The translations under genes were made by a program, and so were the position numbers. A model generated the notes under the pieces. The model was not told the DNA's origin. It saw only the letters and a list, made by a program, of their open reading frames with translations, and ran no database searches. Below, in pieces: positions 28,873 through 37,946 of a DNA stretch of 64,000 bases; position 1 is the stretch's first letter, and every line of letters starts with the position of its first letter. The stretch spans positions 29,716-93,715 of the forward strand of contig JAFZYC010000078.1 of NCBI GenBank assembly GCA_017616435.1. The letters run 5' to 3'. Source of the stretch: Clostridia bacterium (lineage in GTDB: Bacteria; Bacillota; Clostridia; Christensenellales; CAG-138).

Positions 28873-29427
28873 TCAGTTCTCCATCTGCTTTCCCATGAAA
28901 CCCGAAGCGGTCTCGCATACTTTGATATCTGCATGATCAAAAACTGCCCCTTCATCCTTCGAAAGGAGTATAACAGCGCCGATGGAATCGCCTGCCGAGA
29001 TGATCGGAATGATCAGCTCCGCAGTGTACCTGTCGCCGCTGTCGTCCGTAGTTACGGGAAGCAGCTTCTCCCCCGCTTTTGCGCTCGCACATACGCGTGT
29101 GCGATCCTGCATAAGCTGCTCAATTTCCTCGTTTATCGGGCGATCAAGCAGTTCCTTCTTTCCGGCGCCCGAGACCGCTATTATAGTATCCCTGTCGCAG
29201 ATGGCAGCGATATGCCCTACGGATTGATGGATGGATTCGGCGTACTCCTTGGCAAAATCGCCGAGCTCACCGATCGGTGAATACTTTTTCAGTATGACGC
29301 CTCCCTCGCGGTCGACGAAGATCTCGAGCGGATCGCCCTCGCGTATGCGCAGCGTGCGCCTTATCTCCTTTGGAATAACGACCCTGCCGAGCTCATCGAT
29401 CCTTCTGACTATACCCGTAGCTTTCAT
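28873..29427 (-). CDS. spoVT: Stage V sporulation protein T (AbrB-family regulator)
   Basis: MKATGIVRRIDELGRVVIPKEIRRTLRIREGDPLEIF plus a C-terminal GAF-like domain. Confidence 0.96.
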   Translation of the reverse strand: MKATGIVRRIDELGRVVIPKEIRRTLRIREGDPLEIFVDREGGVILKKYSPIGELGDFAKEYAESIHQSVGHIAAICDRDTIIAVSGAGKKELLDRPINEEIEQLMQDRTRVCASAKAGEKLLPVTTDDSGDRYTAELIIPIISAGDSIGAVILLSKDEGAVFDHADIKVCETASGFMGKQMEN

Positions 29428-29458
29428 TTTTTTGTTCTCCTCCAGGTTATTATGCTTC

Positions 29459-29487
29459 TATTATCTGCGGAAGCCGATCGATTATTC
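29459..29487 (-). promoter_or_regulatory. Possible forespore sigma-G-type promoter of spoVT
   Basis: GAATA-17 bp-GATAATA resembles GHATR-N17/18-CATAHTA. Confidence 0.4.
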
Positions 29488-29503
29488 TTTACCAACTTTT
29501 TAC

Positions 29504-29532
29504 TTGACAGACGCGGCACGCATGTTTATAAT
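29504..29532 (+). promoter_or_regulatory. Sigma-A promoter of the ABC/GntR operon
   Basis: Perfect TTGACA-17 bp-TATAAT. Confidence 0.88.
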
Positions 29533-29555
29533 TGTGCTTATCAGATAATCACAAT
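29531..29555. promoter_or_regulatory. Putative GntR (YtrA-type) operator
   Basis: 25-bp palindrome with one mismatch, ATTGTGCTTATC-A-GATAATCACAAT, over the transcription start. Confidence 0.65.
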
Positions 29556-29568
29556 TAAGGAGGACGAA

Positions 29569-30432
29569 ATGAACCTGCTTGAAGTAAAGGGATTGACGAA
29601 AAGATATCCCGGATTCACGCTCGATAACGTATCTTTCACGATCGAGCCGGGTTATATAATGGGCTTTATCGGCCGCAACGGAGCCGGTAAGACGACTACG
29701 ATGAAATCGATGCTCAACCTGATAAAGAAGGACGGCGGAGAGGTGCTGTTCGACGGTATCGATTACATCGCGAATGAGAAGCGCTGCAAACAGCAGATCG
29801 GCTTTGTCAACGGAGAGTTCAACTGTTACTCAAGATCGAAGCTCAAGACGCTCGTAAATGTCACAAAGCGTTTCTATGACGAATGGGACGACGAGCTATA
29901 CTCTCATTTCATGAAGCGATTCTCTCTTGACGAAAACAAAAAGGTCAGCGAGCTATCAGCAGGTATGCGCGTCAAGTTCGCTTTGGTGCTCGCGCTTTCG
30001 CACAACGCAAAGCTGCTCATACTCGACGAGCCGACGAGCGGTCTCGATCCGATATCGAGGGACGATCTTCTCGACGTGTTCCGCTCGATAATCTCGGACG
30101 GCGAAAGAAGCATACTCTTCTCAACGCATATCATATCCGATCTTGAAAAGTGCGCGGACATGATAACTTATATCAAGAACGGCAGGATTTTCGCGTCCAC
30201 CGACATCGAAAGCTTTAAATCCGGATATCTTCTTGTGTCCGGCGATGAAGAAGCGCTTAACGATCTCCTTCCCCGCCTTATCGGAGTCAAGAAGCATGCG
30301 TTCGGTTTTACCGGCCTTATAAGAGCCGAGGACGAGGAGTTTGCCGCCGGGTGCAGGACAGCTCCCGCGGATCTCGAATCCATTATGATCTATATCGAAC
30401 AGGAGGACGCCGATGAAAAATCTGCTCTATAA
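29569..30432 (+). CDS. ABC transporter ATP-binding protein
   Basis: GRNGAGKTT, LSAGM, ILDEPTSGLDP, STH. Start at ATG 29569 behind AAGGAGG. Confidence 0.95.
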   Translation: MNLLEVKGLTKRYPGFTLDNVSFTIEPGYIMGFIGRNGAGKTTTMKSMLNLIKKDGGEVLFDGIDYIANEKRCKQQIGFVNGEFNCYSRSKLKTLVNVTKRFYDEWDDELYSHFMKRFSLDENKKVSELSAGMRVKFALVLALSHNAKLLILDEPTSGLDPISRDDLLDVFRSIISDGERSILFSTHIISDLEKCADMITYIKNGRIFASTDIESFKSGYLLVSGDEEALNDLLPRLIGVKKHAFGFTGLIRAEDEEFAAGCRTAPADLESIMIYIEQEDADEKSAL

Positions 30433-31096
30433 AGAATACAGGCTTTGCATGCAGCCGATGGTCTTCATCTTCTTCGGCTTCGTGCTTATGCTACTCATAC
30501 CGAATTACCTTTATACTATCCCCTGCTTCTTCATCGGGAACGCTATCTTCAATTCGTTCCAGTATGCAGTGTCTGATAACGATTCGCTGTTTACCGCGAT
30601 GCTCCCCGTTGCAAAGCGCGACGTGGTAAAGTCGAAGCTGATATTTATCGTGAGCATCCAGCTCATAATGCTGCTGCTCTATATCCCGATGATAGCGCTG
30701 AACAATGCGATAATGACGGAGGGCAATAAGGCCGGTATCGACGCATGCCCCGCGTTGCTCGGGTCTTGCTTCGTACTGTTCGGAATATTTAATGTAACGT
30801 TCCTGCCCTCGTTCTACAAAACCGGCTATAAGACCGGGAAGAGCTTCCTTATCTCGACGATAGCTGTCTTTATATGGATATTCCTTTCGGAAGGCTTCTT
30901 CGTTGCGGCTGTTGCCGCGAGGAATGCTGTCCCCTTCTTCGAGTGGATCGAGACACATATCGACTGTGTTCCCAAGGAAGCCTCGGCATGGGCGGCTCAG
31001 CTAATATACCTCGCCGCAGGCGCGCTCATATACGTTCTTCTTACGGTGATCACCGATAAAAAGGCGTCAAAAGCATTTGATCTGGTGAATGTGTAA
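30413..31096 (+). CDS. ABC-2 type transporter permease
   Basis: About six hydrophobic helices; LPVAKRDVVKSK motif; overlaps the ATPase gene. Confidence 0.88.
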   Translation: MKNLLYKEYRLCMQPMVFIFFGFVLMLLIPNYLYTIPCFFIGNAIFNSFQYAVSDNDSLFTAMLPVAKRDVVKSKLIFIVSIQLIMLLLYIPMIALNNAIMTEGNKAGIDACPALLGSCFVLFGIFNVTFLPSFYKTGYKTGKSFLISTIAVFIWIFLSEGFFVAAVAARNAVPFFEWIETHIDCVPKEASAWAAQLIYLAAGALIYVLLTVITDKKASKAFDLVNV

Positions 31097-31461
31097 TGCG
31101 GCTGTCGTTGCTTCCGAACAGCTCAATACCCGCGTATAAACAGCTTTACGATCAGCTGTTTAAAGAGATCGTCTCAGGCGAGCTCGTTGCGGGCTATGCG
31201 CTCCCGCCCATCCGCACTGTCGCTAAGGAACTTGGGATAAGCGTGATTACCGTACGCAGCGCATGGGACGCACTGCTTTCAGACGGTCTTATCGAGACTG
31301 TCGCGGGGAGCGGATGCTTCGTTGCGGAGCTTTCATACGACGAGCGTTTAGAACGAAAAATAGAAGCGCTGAAAAAGCCCGCAGAGGACCTTGCAGCACT
31401 TGCCAAAAGCCTTGGATTCAGTGCGGAAGAGACTGAAAAGCTCGTTCGCGACAGCTTCTGA
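31096..31461 (+). CDS. GntR-family (YtrA subfamily) transcriptional regulator
   Basis: PAYKQLYDQL, LPPIRTVAKELGISVITVRSAW, GSGCFV; 121 aa. Confidence 0.92.
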   Translation: MRLSLLPNSSIPAYKQLYDQLFKEIVSGELVAGYALPPIRTVAKELGISVITVRSAWDALLSDGLIETVAGSGCFVAELSYDERLERKIEALKKPAEDLAALAKSLGFSAEETEKLVRDSF

Positions 31462-31472
31462 AAAGCATAAAT

Positions 31473-31507
31473 AACGACGCCTGCAAAGCAGACGCCGTTT
31501 TCTTTTT
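31473..31507. terminator. Bidirectional terminator between gntR and polC
   Basis: 12-bp stem (fully paired with G-U on the minus strand) with a 3-nt loop and T-rich flanks. Confidence 0.65.
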
Positions 31508-31515
31508 ATCTGTTT

Positions 31516-34500
31516 TTAGAAGAACTTCAACTGATCAGTATCCGGCAGACCGGCAAAGCATCCGAGAGCGTCCAGCTTATCCATGATGCTCGTATTCGCC
31601 TTTGTGCGGATCGCGAAATCCTCTTTAGAGGAGTATTCCCCGTCCTTGGCGGCGTTCTCGATCATTACAGCCACGCTTTCACCAAGACCCGCAACCGCCG
31701 TAAACGGAGGACGGATCTTGCCGTCTTCGATCGTGAAAGTATTGGCCTTGGATCTGTAAAGATCGATCGGGAGAAGCTCATAACCGCGCATGTTCATCTC
31801 GGCGACGACCTCCAATATGGTGATCGCGTCCTTCTCCTTCTGATCGGGCTTGTCCTTGGCTTTGAGCAGTTTAAGATTGTTCATTACATTATCCAGTCCG
31901 CCCTGACACAGCTCGATATCGAACGTATCGGCTCTTACCGTATAATAAACGGCGTAGAACTCGAGCGGATAATGGACCTTGTAATACGCTATGCGGAAGC
32001 TCATCATAACGTAAGCGGCCGCATGCGCGCGCGGGAACATGTACTTGATCTTTTTACAACTGTCAATGAACCATTCCGGAACGCAAATGGAGCGCATCAT
32101 CTCCTCCATCTCGGGTTTCAGTCCCCTGCCCTTTCGGACGTTTTCCATCGTCTTGAAGGAAAGCGACGGCTCACCGCCCTTGGAGATGAGGTAGTTCATT
32201 ATGTCGTCGCGTGTACAGATTACTTCCATCAGAGTAGCGGTATGGTTCTGTACAAGCAGCTGCGCGTTGTTCGTCCAAACGTCCGTTCCGTGGGAAAGGC
32301 CCGCGATTCGTACGAGCTCCTCCATGGTGGTCGGACGGGTCTCCATGAGCATGCCTCTTACAAAACCCGTGCCGAACTCCGGGATCGCGAAGGAGCCTAC
32401 GTCCGCTCCGAGCGGCTTAAGGCTGACGCCCAGGGCTTCATCCGTGCGGTAAATTGACATTGTTTCGGGATCGTCGAGCGGTATCGAGCGAGGATCGAGG
32501 CCGGTAAGATCCTTAAGCATCCTAAGCGCGGTCGGATCGTCGTGACCGAGTATACCGAGCTTTACGAGTTTATCGTCGAGCGCATGGAAATCGAAATGAG
32601 TCGTAACGCTCCCGCTGTCGTTCTTATCCGCGGGATGCTGAACGGGACAGAAATCGAAGATCTCATAATCCTCAGGAACTATAACTATCCCGCCGGGATG
32701 CTGGCCGGAGGTCTTTTTTACGCCCAAACAGCCCTGAACGAGCCTATTGATCTCGGCTTCGGATTTCTTGAGATCGTTATCCTCGCAGTAATGCTTTACA
32801 TATCCGTAAACAGTCTTATCCTGCACCGCAGAGATCGTTCCTGCGCGGAAAGCATGGCCTGCACCGAACATCTCTTCGGTGAATCTGTGAGCTATAGGCT
32901 GGTATTCACCGGAGAAGTTGAGGTCGATATCGGGCGTTTTGTCGCCCTTGAAGCCCAGGAAGACTTCGAAGGGGATATCATAGCCCTCCTTGCGCAGCTT
33001 GGTACCGCAGTTCGGGCAGAGTTTGTCGGGCAGGTCGATTCCGCAGCGGGAATGCTCCTCAAGCTTGAACTCGCTATATTTGCAGTTGGGGCAAAGATAA
33101 TGCGGAGGAAGCGCGTTTACCTCAGTTATTCCGAGCATCGTCGCGACGAAAGAAGAACCGACGGAGCCCCTTGAACCGACGAGATATCCGTCACTGAGGG
33201 ACTTTGAAACGAGCTTCTGCGCGACCATGTAGAGCGAAGAATAGCCGTTGCCGATTATCGAATGCAGTTCCTTATCAAGTCTTGCCTGAACTATCGGCGG
33301 CAGCGGATCGCCGTATCGCCTGTGGGCTTCGCCCATTGTCATGCTTTCGAGTATCTCTTTGGCGTTCGGAAGCTCCGGGGAATATGTGAACTTTTCATCG
33401 AGGAAGGGGTGCAGCTGCTCGCCGCACAATTCGGCGATCTTATTCGGATTCGTAACGACTACTTCCTTCGCCCTCTCCTCGCCCAAATACGAGAACTCCT
33501 TCAGCATCTCGTCTGTAGTCCTGAAATAGAGCGGCGTCATTCGCATAGAATCCTTGTATCCCTGCGAATGGAGCAGGATCGAGCGGAAGATCGCGTCATC
33601 CGGCTCAAGGAAATGCACGTCGCATGTCGCCACAGTGAGCTTACCGAGCTCGTCCCCCAATTCGACGATGCGCCTGTTGTAATCTCGGAGGTCCTCGGCG
33701 GTGAGCTTCGACCCTTCGGCCTCAACCATGAACATATTGTTGTCAAGAGGCTGTATCTCAAGATAATCATACCAATCGGCGATCGAACGAAGCTCGTCTT
33801 GAGAGGCACCGCGAACGACGGCTCTGTAAAGCTCGCCGGCTTCGCAGGCAGAGCCCAGAAGCAGGCCCTCTCGCATCATGTTGAGAAGGCTCTTGGGTAT
33901 GCAGGGACGCTTGAAATAATACTGGAGATGCGAATACGAAACGAGCTTGTAGAGATTTTTGAGTCCCGCAAGGCTAGCAGCAAGTATGATGATGTGGTAA
34001 CGCTGGAGTTTTTTGTAATCGGGGAAACGGCGATCCCAATACGGGATCTCAGTCACTCCGCGGTCCTTAAGCTCATTAATAAGTCCGGTAAGGAGCCGGC
34101 ATATCTCGTCGGCGTTTTCTTGAGCCGGCTTTTCGGGGATAGATTCATATCTGCCTTCAATAGGAGCGCAGCCGCTCTCCATACTGTAATCCTTGATGTC
34201 GAGATGCGCGTTCAGCTCGAGCTTATTGATATCGACAAACTCATAAGGAACTTCGCCCTCGTTATGCAGGACCGAAGAAAGACCGTCGAGCGTTGACTCA
34301 TTATATGCGGCGAATACAGTGCCTTCTGCGAACTCAAGGAGCTTTTTGACCGCTTCAGCGGGATCCGGAGCAGCCTTAACATCTTCTTCAACGATGCCGC
34401 AGTTTTTGACAGCCCATTTGGGGACTGAAATGCCTGGATCAGCCAAGGTATCGAATCTGCCGAGCACATTGCCCGCTGAATTGAACTTGACTGCGGAGAT

Positions 34501-35805
34501 CGCGAATATCGAAGTGCCGGAAGCGGAGGACTGAACCGTAGTCGCCACTGCCGTATACGGCCTTTCATCGATCTCATGAATAGAGGAATCGTTGACAAGA
34601 TATCCTTCGCAGCCGAAAATGACCTTGATATTATTGGCTTTTGCCGCTTTCATCGCCTCGGGAAGGGAATGAACGACGCCGTGATCGGTGATCGCGATGG
34701 CCTTATGTCCCCACTCCGCTGCGGTTGAAATGACTTCCGAGACCTTTGTGAGCGCGTCCATAGTCGACGCCTGAGTATGGAGATGCAGCTCGACTCGCTT
34801 TTCGCCGTCGGGAGCATTGTCCTTTCTCTTTTCGGCTGCGCAGCGGTTTATGTCGTTCGCAAGGAGTACGTAATCCCTTGAAAACGTATCGTATTTGTAG
34901 TTGCCGCGAACGACGATCAAGTCGCCGGCGTCCATAATGTTCTTGATCTTATCCTCTATGGATCTTGCTTTATCGCTTTCGGGGAAGAACTTGACGGAAA
35001 CAGTGTTCGTATTGTCGGAGAAATCGAGTTTGAAAATCGTCCTTGATTTGTCGCGGGTTTCCGTTATCTCATAACTGATGACAGCGCCGATCGCGACGGC
35101 ATTGCCCGTCGTTTCGCCGAACTCGCTCATGGGAGTGATATCGCGCTTTACGATCTCTTTGCCGATAACGATGTCGGCAGGATCCATCGCCTTTTTATTA
35201 GGGGCTTTTTTCTTCGCGGAAGACGGCGCAGCCTGACCTGCCGAAACCGTCTGGATCCTATGCCTTGCGACGGAGCCGCCAATGCAGCGGCCTACGTCAA
35301 CGGCTTTGAGCTCAGATATGCTTTCGTCGGGCACGAGATCCACCGCAAAATGCCAATTCCAGAGCTCAGCGGCTTTTATCTTGAGTTCGGTCACCCTCTC
35401 GGAATGGATCGCCTTTATCACATCGGGCGACGAGCGGATAGAAAATACGGTATTCCCCTCCACTGCTTTTGAGACGGTGATCCGTGAGTTTGCGAGCACG
35501 GGATAGATCTCCGGGGAAAGCTGTCCCCATGCGTCGCGGAAGAACGATACTATATCCTCCTCCGGAAGCTCGGAAAAACTTGCGATTGCTTTTGAAAAAT
35601 CGAAATCGATATTGACGAGAGAGGTCATCAGCTTGTCGCATATCAGCCTTTTCACGCTCTCTATCTCGAACGGCAGAAGCATCCTCAAAGCGGAGACGCT
35701 GATATTGAACGTCCCCGTTGCTGAAGATCTCGCCGCACGTGTGATCGCGAATGCGGAAGCTTTTTGAAGCTCGTTACCGAGTTTTATGTAGTCCTCTCCG
35801 CTCAT
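31516..35805 (-). CDS. polC: DNA polymerase III, PolC type (exonuclease domain degenerate)
   Basis: OB fold, PHP ELHLHT/AITDHG, zinc finger, PDIDLNF, GQHPGG, GLSHGTDVW, MFPRAHAAAY; 1429 aa. Confidence 0.97.
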   Translation of the reverse strand: MSGEDYIKLGNELQKASAFAITRAARSSATGTFNISVSALRMLLPFEIESVKRLICDKLMTSLVNIDFDFSKAIASFSELPEEDIVSFFRDAWGQLSPEIYPVLANSRITVSKAVEGNTVFSIRSSPDVIKAIHSERVTELKIKAAELWNWHFAVDLVPDESISELKAVDVGRCIGGSVARHRIQTVSAGQAAPSSAKKKAPNKKAMDPADIVIGKEIVKRDITPMSEFGETTGNAVAIGAVISYEITETRDKSRTIFKLDFSDNTNTVSVKFFPESDKARSIEDKIKNIMDAGDLIVVRGNYKYDTFSRDYVLLANDINRCAAEKRKDNAPDGEKRVELHLHTQASTMDALTKVSEVISTAAEWGHKAIAITDHGVVHSLPEAMKAAKANNIKVIFGCEGYLVNDSSIHEIDERPYTAVATTVQSSASGTSIFAISAVKFNSAGNVLGRFDTLADPGISVPKWAVKNCGIVEEDVKAAPDPAEAVKKLLEFAEGTVFAAYNESTLDGLSSVLHNEGEVPYEFVDINKLELNAHLDIKDYSMESGCAPIEGRYESIPEKPAQENADEICRLLTGLINELKDRGVTEIPYWDRRFPDYKKLQRYHIIILAASLAGLKNLYKLVSYSHLQYYFKRPCIPKSLLNMMREGLLLGSACEAGELYRAVVRGASQDELRSIADWYDYLEIQPLDNNMFMVEAEGSKLTAEDLRDYNRRIVELGDELGKLTVATCDVHFLEPDDAIFRSILLHSQGYKDSMRMTPLYFRTTDEMLKEFSYLGEERAKEVVVTNPNKIAELCGEQLHPFLDEKFTYSPELPNAKEILESMTMGEAHRRYGDPLPPIVQARLDKELHSIIGNGYSSLYMVAQKLVSKSLSDGYLVGSRGSVGSSFVATMLGITEVNALPPHYLCPNCKYSEFKLEEHSRCGIDLPDKLCPNCGTKLRKEGYDIPFEVFLGFKGDKTPDIDLNFSGEYQPIAHRFTEEMFGAGHAFRAGTISAVQDKTVYGYVKHYCEDNDLKKSEAEINRLVQGCLGVKKTSGQHPGGIVIVPEDYEIFDFCPVQHPADKNDSGSVTTHFDFHALDDKLVKLGILGHDDPTALRMLKDLTGLDPRSIPLDDPETMSIYRTDEALGVSLKPLGADVGSFAIPEFGTGFVRGMLMETRPTTMEELVRIAGLSHGTDVWTNNAQLLVQNHTATLMEVICTRDDIMNYLISKGGEPSLSFKTMENVRKGRGLKPEMEEMMRSICVPEWFIDSCKKIKYMFPRAHAAAYVMMSFRIAYYKVHYPLEFYAVYYTVRADTFDIELCQGGLDNVMNNLKLLKAKDKPDQKEKDAITILEVVAEMNMRGYELLPIDLYRSKANTFTIEDGKIRPPFTAVAGLGESVAVMIENAAKDGEYSSKEDFAIRTKANTSIMDKLDALGCFAGLPDTDQLKFF

Positions 35806-36845
35806 TCAAGCTCCTTTAAAACGTCTTCGATGAACCTGTCGACAACAAACGGAAGCTTGTCTGTATAGCAAAGCTCGCCCTTTTTGAACACGACAGCATT
35901 GACGCTGCCGAAAGCGATGCCTATATCGGCCTCTCTCGCTTCGCCAGGGCCGTTTACAGCGCATCCCATCACGGCTACGCGTAAATGCTTATCCGTATCG
36001 GGAAGCGCTTCCTCGACCTTTTTAACGATCTTGGCGAGATCCACTCTGGTTCTGCCGCATGTCGGGCAGCTTATGACCTCGACGCCTTCGGAACGAAGCC
36101 CGACTGCCTTCAATATGCGTTTTGCGGCGTAGACCTCTCTGACAGGATCTCCGGTCAGTGAAACTCTTATGGTATCGCCGATCCCGTCAAGCAGAAGCGA
36201 ACCGATACCTATCGATGATTTTACAAGCGCTGATTCGCTCATCCCCGCTTCGGTAACTCCGAGATGCAGAGGATAAGGGGTCTTCTCCCTTGCCAGACGG
36301 TTTGCTTCAACGGTTTTCGATACTGTCGAGGCTTTAAGCGAGATCACGATATCCTCGAATCCGCATTTTTCGAGTATCGACACATGCGCAAGAGCGCTCT
36401 CAAGCATACCCTCGGCCGTAACGCCGTATTTTTTGAGGATGTCCTTTTCGAGCGATCCGCCGTTGACGCCTATCCTTATGGGAACGCCGTGATCCCTTGC
36501 GCAGGCAACGAGCTCTCGCACCTTTGATTCGGAGCCTATGTTTCCGGGATTGATCCTGACCTTGTCTGTTCCGTTTTCTATAGCGGCAATGGCAAGTCTG
36601 TGATCAAAATGGATATCCGCGACGAGCGGGATATGCGTGCGCTTTCGTATCTCGGGGATAGCCGCGGCGCAGGCTTCGTCATAGACGGAAAAACGGACGA
36701 TCTCACAGCCTGCGTTTTCAAGCGCGAGTATCTGTTCGGAGGTCGCAATAGCGTCGCGCGTGTCGGTGTTCGTCATAGACTGGATCGTGGCCGGCGCGCC
36801 GCCGCCTATCTCCGTATCCCTGATTTTAAAGCGTTTTGTTTTCAT
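35802..36845 (-). CDS. ispG: (E)-4-hydroxy-3-methylbut-2-enyl-diphosphate synthase
   Basis: IQSMTNT, ADIHFD, RINPGNIG, CPTCGR, GCAVNGPGE. Confidence 0.97.
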   Translation of the reverse strand: MKTKRFKIRDTEIGGGAPATIQSMTNTDTRDAIATSEQILALENAGCEIVRFSVYDEACAAAIPEIRKRTHIPLVADIHFDHRLAIAAIENGTDKVRINPGNIGSESKVRELVACARDHGVPIRIGVNGGSLEKDILKKYGVTAEGMLESALAHVSILEKCGFEDIVISLKASTVSKTVEANRLAREKTPYPLHLGVTEAGMSESALVKSSIGIGSLLLDGIGDTIRVSLTGDPVREVYAAKRILKAVGLRSEGVEVISCPTCGRTRVDLAKIVKKVEEALPDTDKHLRVAVMGCAVNGPGEAREADIGIAFGSVNAVVFKKGELCYTDKLPFVVDRFIEDVLKELE

Positions 36846-36852
36846 AGTTACC

Positions 36853-37944
36853 TCAACTGAACATACCGTTGAACAAGCCGCGAACGTCGCCTATCGTTAC
36901 ATAGATCATCAGCAAAATGAGCAGTCCGAAGCCGATCATGCTCAAAGTGTTCTGTATACTGCGGGGCACGGGCTTGCCGAATATGAGCTCTATCGTATCG
37001 AACAGCAAATGTCCGCCGTCCATGGGCAGTATCGGCAGAAGGTTCATTATGCCGAGGCTCATTGAAATAAGGATCATGATGAGCAGCAGATAATATCCGC
37101 CCATCGAAGCCATCTTCATCGTGATCGCGATAGTTGCGACCGGACCGGAGAAATCGCCTTGGTTGAAGCCGTTTCGGAAGCCGTTTGCAATCGCTTCAAA
37201 GGTCGTCTTTACGATCTTTTCCATAAAGCCGAAGCCGCCTTTTAACGATGCGCCAAGGCCGCAGCGCTCACAATATTCCGTGATCCCCATAGTGATACCG
37301 AGGAAATTGGAGTTCTCGGCTTCGTTATAGATATCGGATACGAAGACGTCGATTGTATCTTCTCCGCGGAGCACGGTAAGAGTAATCCCTTCGTGCGGAG
37401 CTTCCTTGATGGCTTTTGAGATCGCCGCCGTCTTTTCGTCGAAGGAAGAACCGGCGTTTTCTATATCGGCGCCGTTCACGAAGAGGAGGATATCCTCGGG
37501 CATAACTCCCGATCTCTGTGCCGGGCCGCCTTCAACGACGGAGTTTACAGTTATCGCATAATCGCCGTTGCCGTAGCAGACCGTTTCCCTGTTTCCGAAG
37601 CAAAGGAGCATAAGCACGGATAATACGTATGCAAGCACAAAGTTCATGAAAGGGCCCGCGAATATGACGATAAGGCGCTTCCACGCCTTTTGCGAGTTAA
37701 ACGAGACCGCGTCTATCGGATCGTCCTCTTCCCCGTAGAAACGGCAGGCGCCGCCAAGCGGTATCGCCCTTAATGCATAATTGATGTCTTTTTTCTTGAA
37801 TTGGAAAATAGCCGGTCCGAAGCCAATCGAAAAATCGAGTATCTTGAATCCCAAAAGCCTTCCGGCCGTATAGTGACCGAGCTCATGTATGAAGATCATG
37901 AGCGCAAGTACAAGCAATGCTATCAAAAAGTAGAGTATACTCAT
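36853..37944 (-). CDS. rseP: Intramembrane zinc metalloprotease RseP (M50, PDZ)
   Basis: HELGH, FAGPFMN, one PDZ domain, NLLP..MDGG. Confidence 0.94.
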   Translation of the reverse strand: MSILYFLIALLVLALMIFIHELGHYTAGRLLGFKILDFSIGFGPAIFQFKKKDINYALRAIPLGGACRFYGEEDDPIDAVSFNSQKAWKRLIVIFAGPFMNFVLAYVLSVLMLLCFGNRETVCYGNGDYAITVNSVVEGGPAQRSGVMPEDILLFVNGADIENAGSSFDEKTAAISKAIKEAPHEGITLTVLRGEDTIDVFVSDIYNEAENSNFLGITMGITEYCERCGLGASLKGGFGFMEKIVKTTFEAIANGFRNGFNQGDFSGPVATIAITMKMASMGGYYLLLIMILISMSLGIMNLLPILPMDGGHLLFDTIELIFGKPVPRSIQNTLSMIGFGLLILLMIYVTIGDVRGLFNGMFS

Positions 37945-37946
37945 TA

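Noticed and set aside
33262-34296. 344-aa plus-strand ORF inside polC, considered as a possible inserted element
   Set aside because: polC is uninterrupted and of normal length; no intein or intron signatures; antisense shadow.
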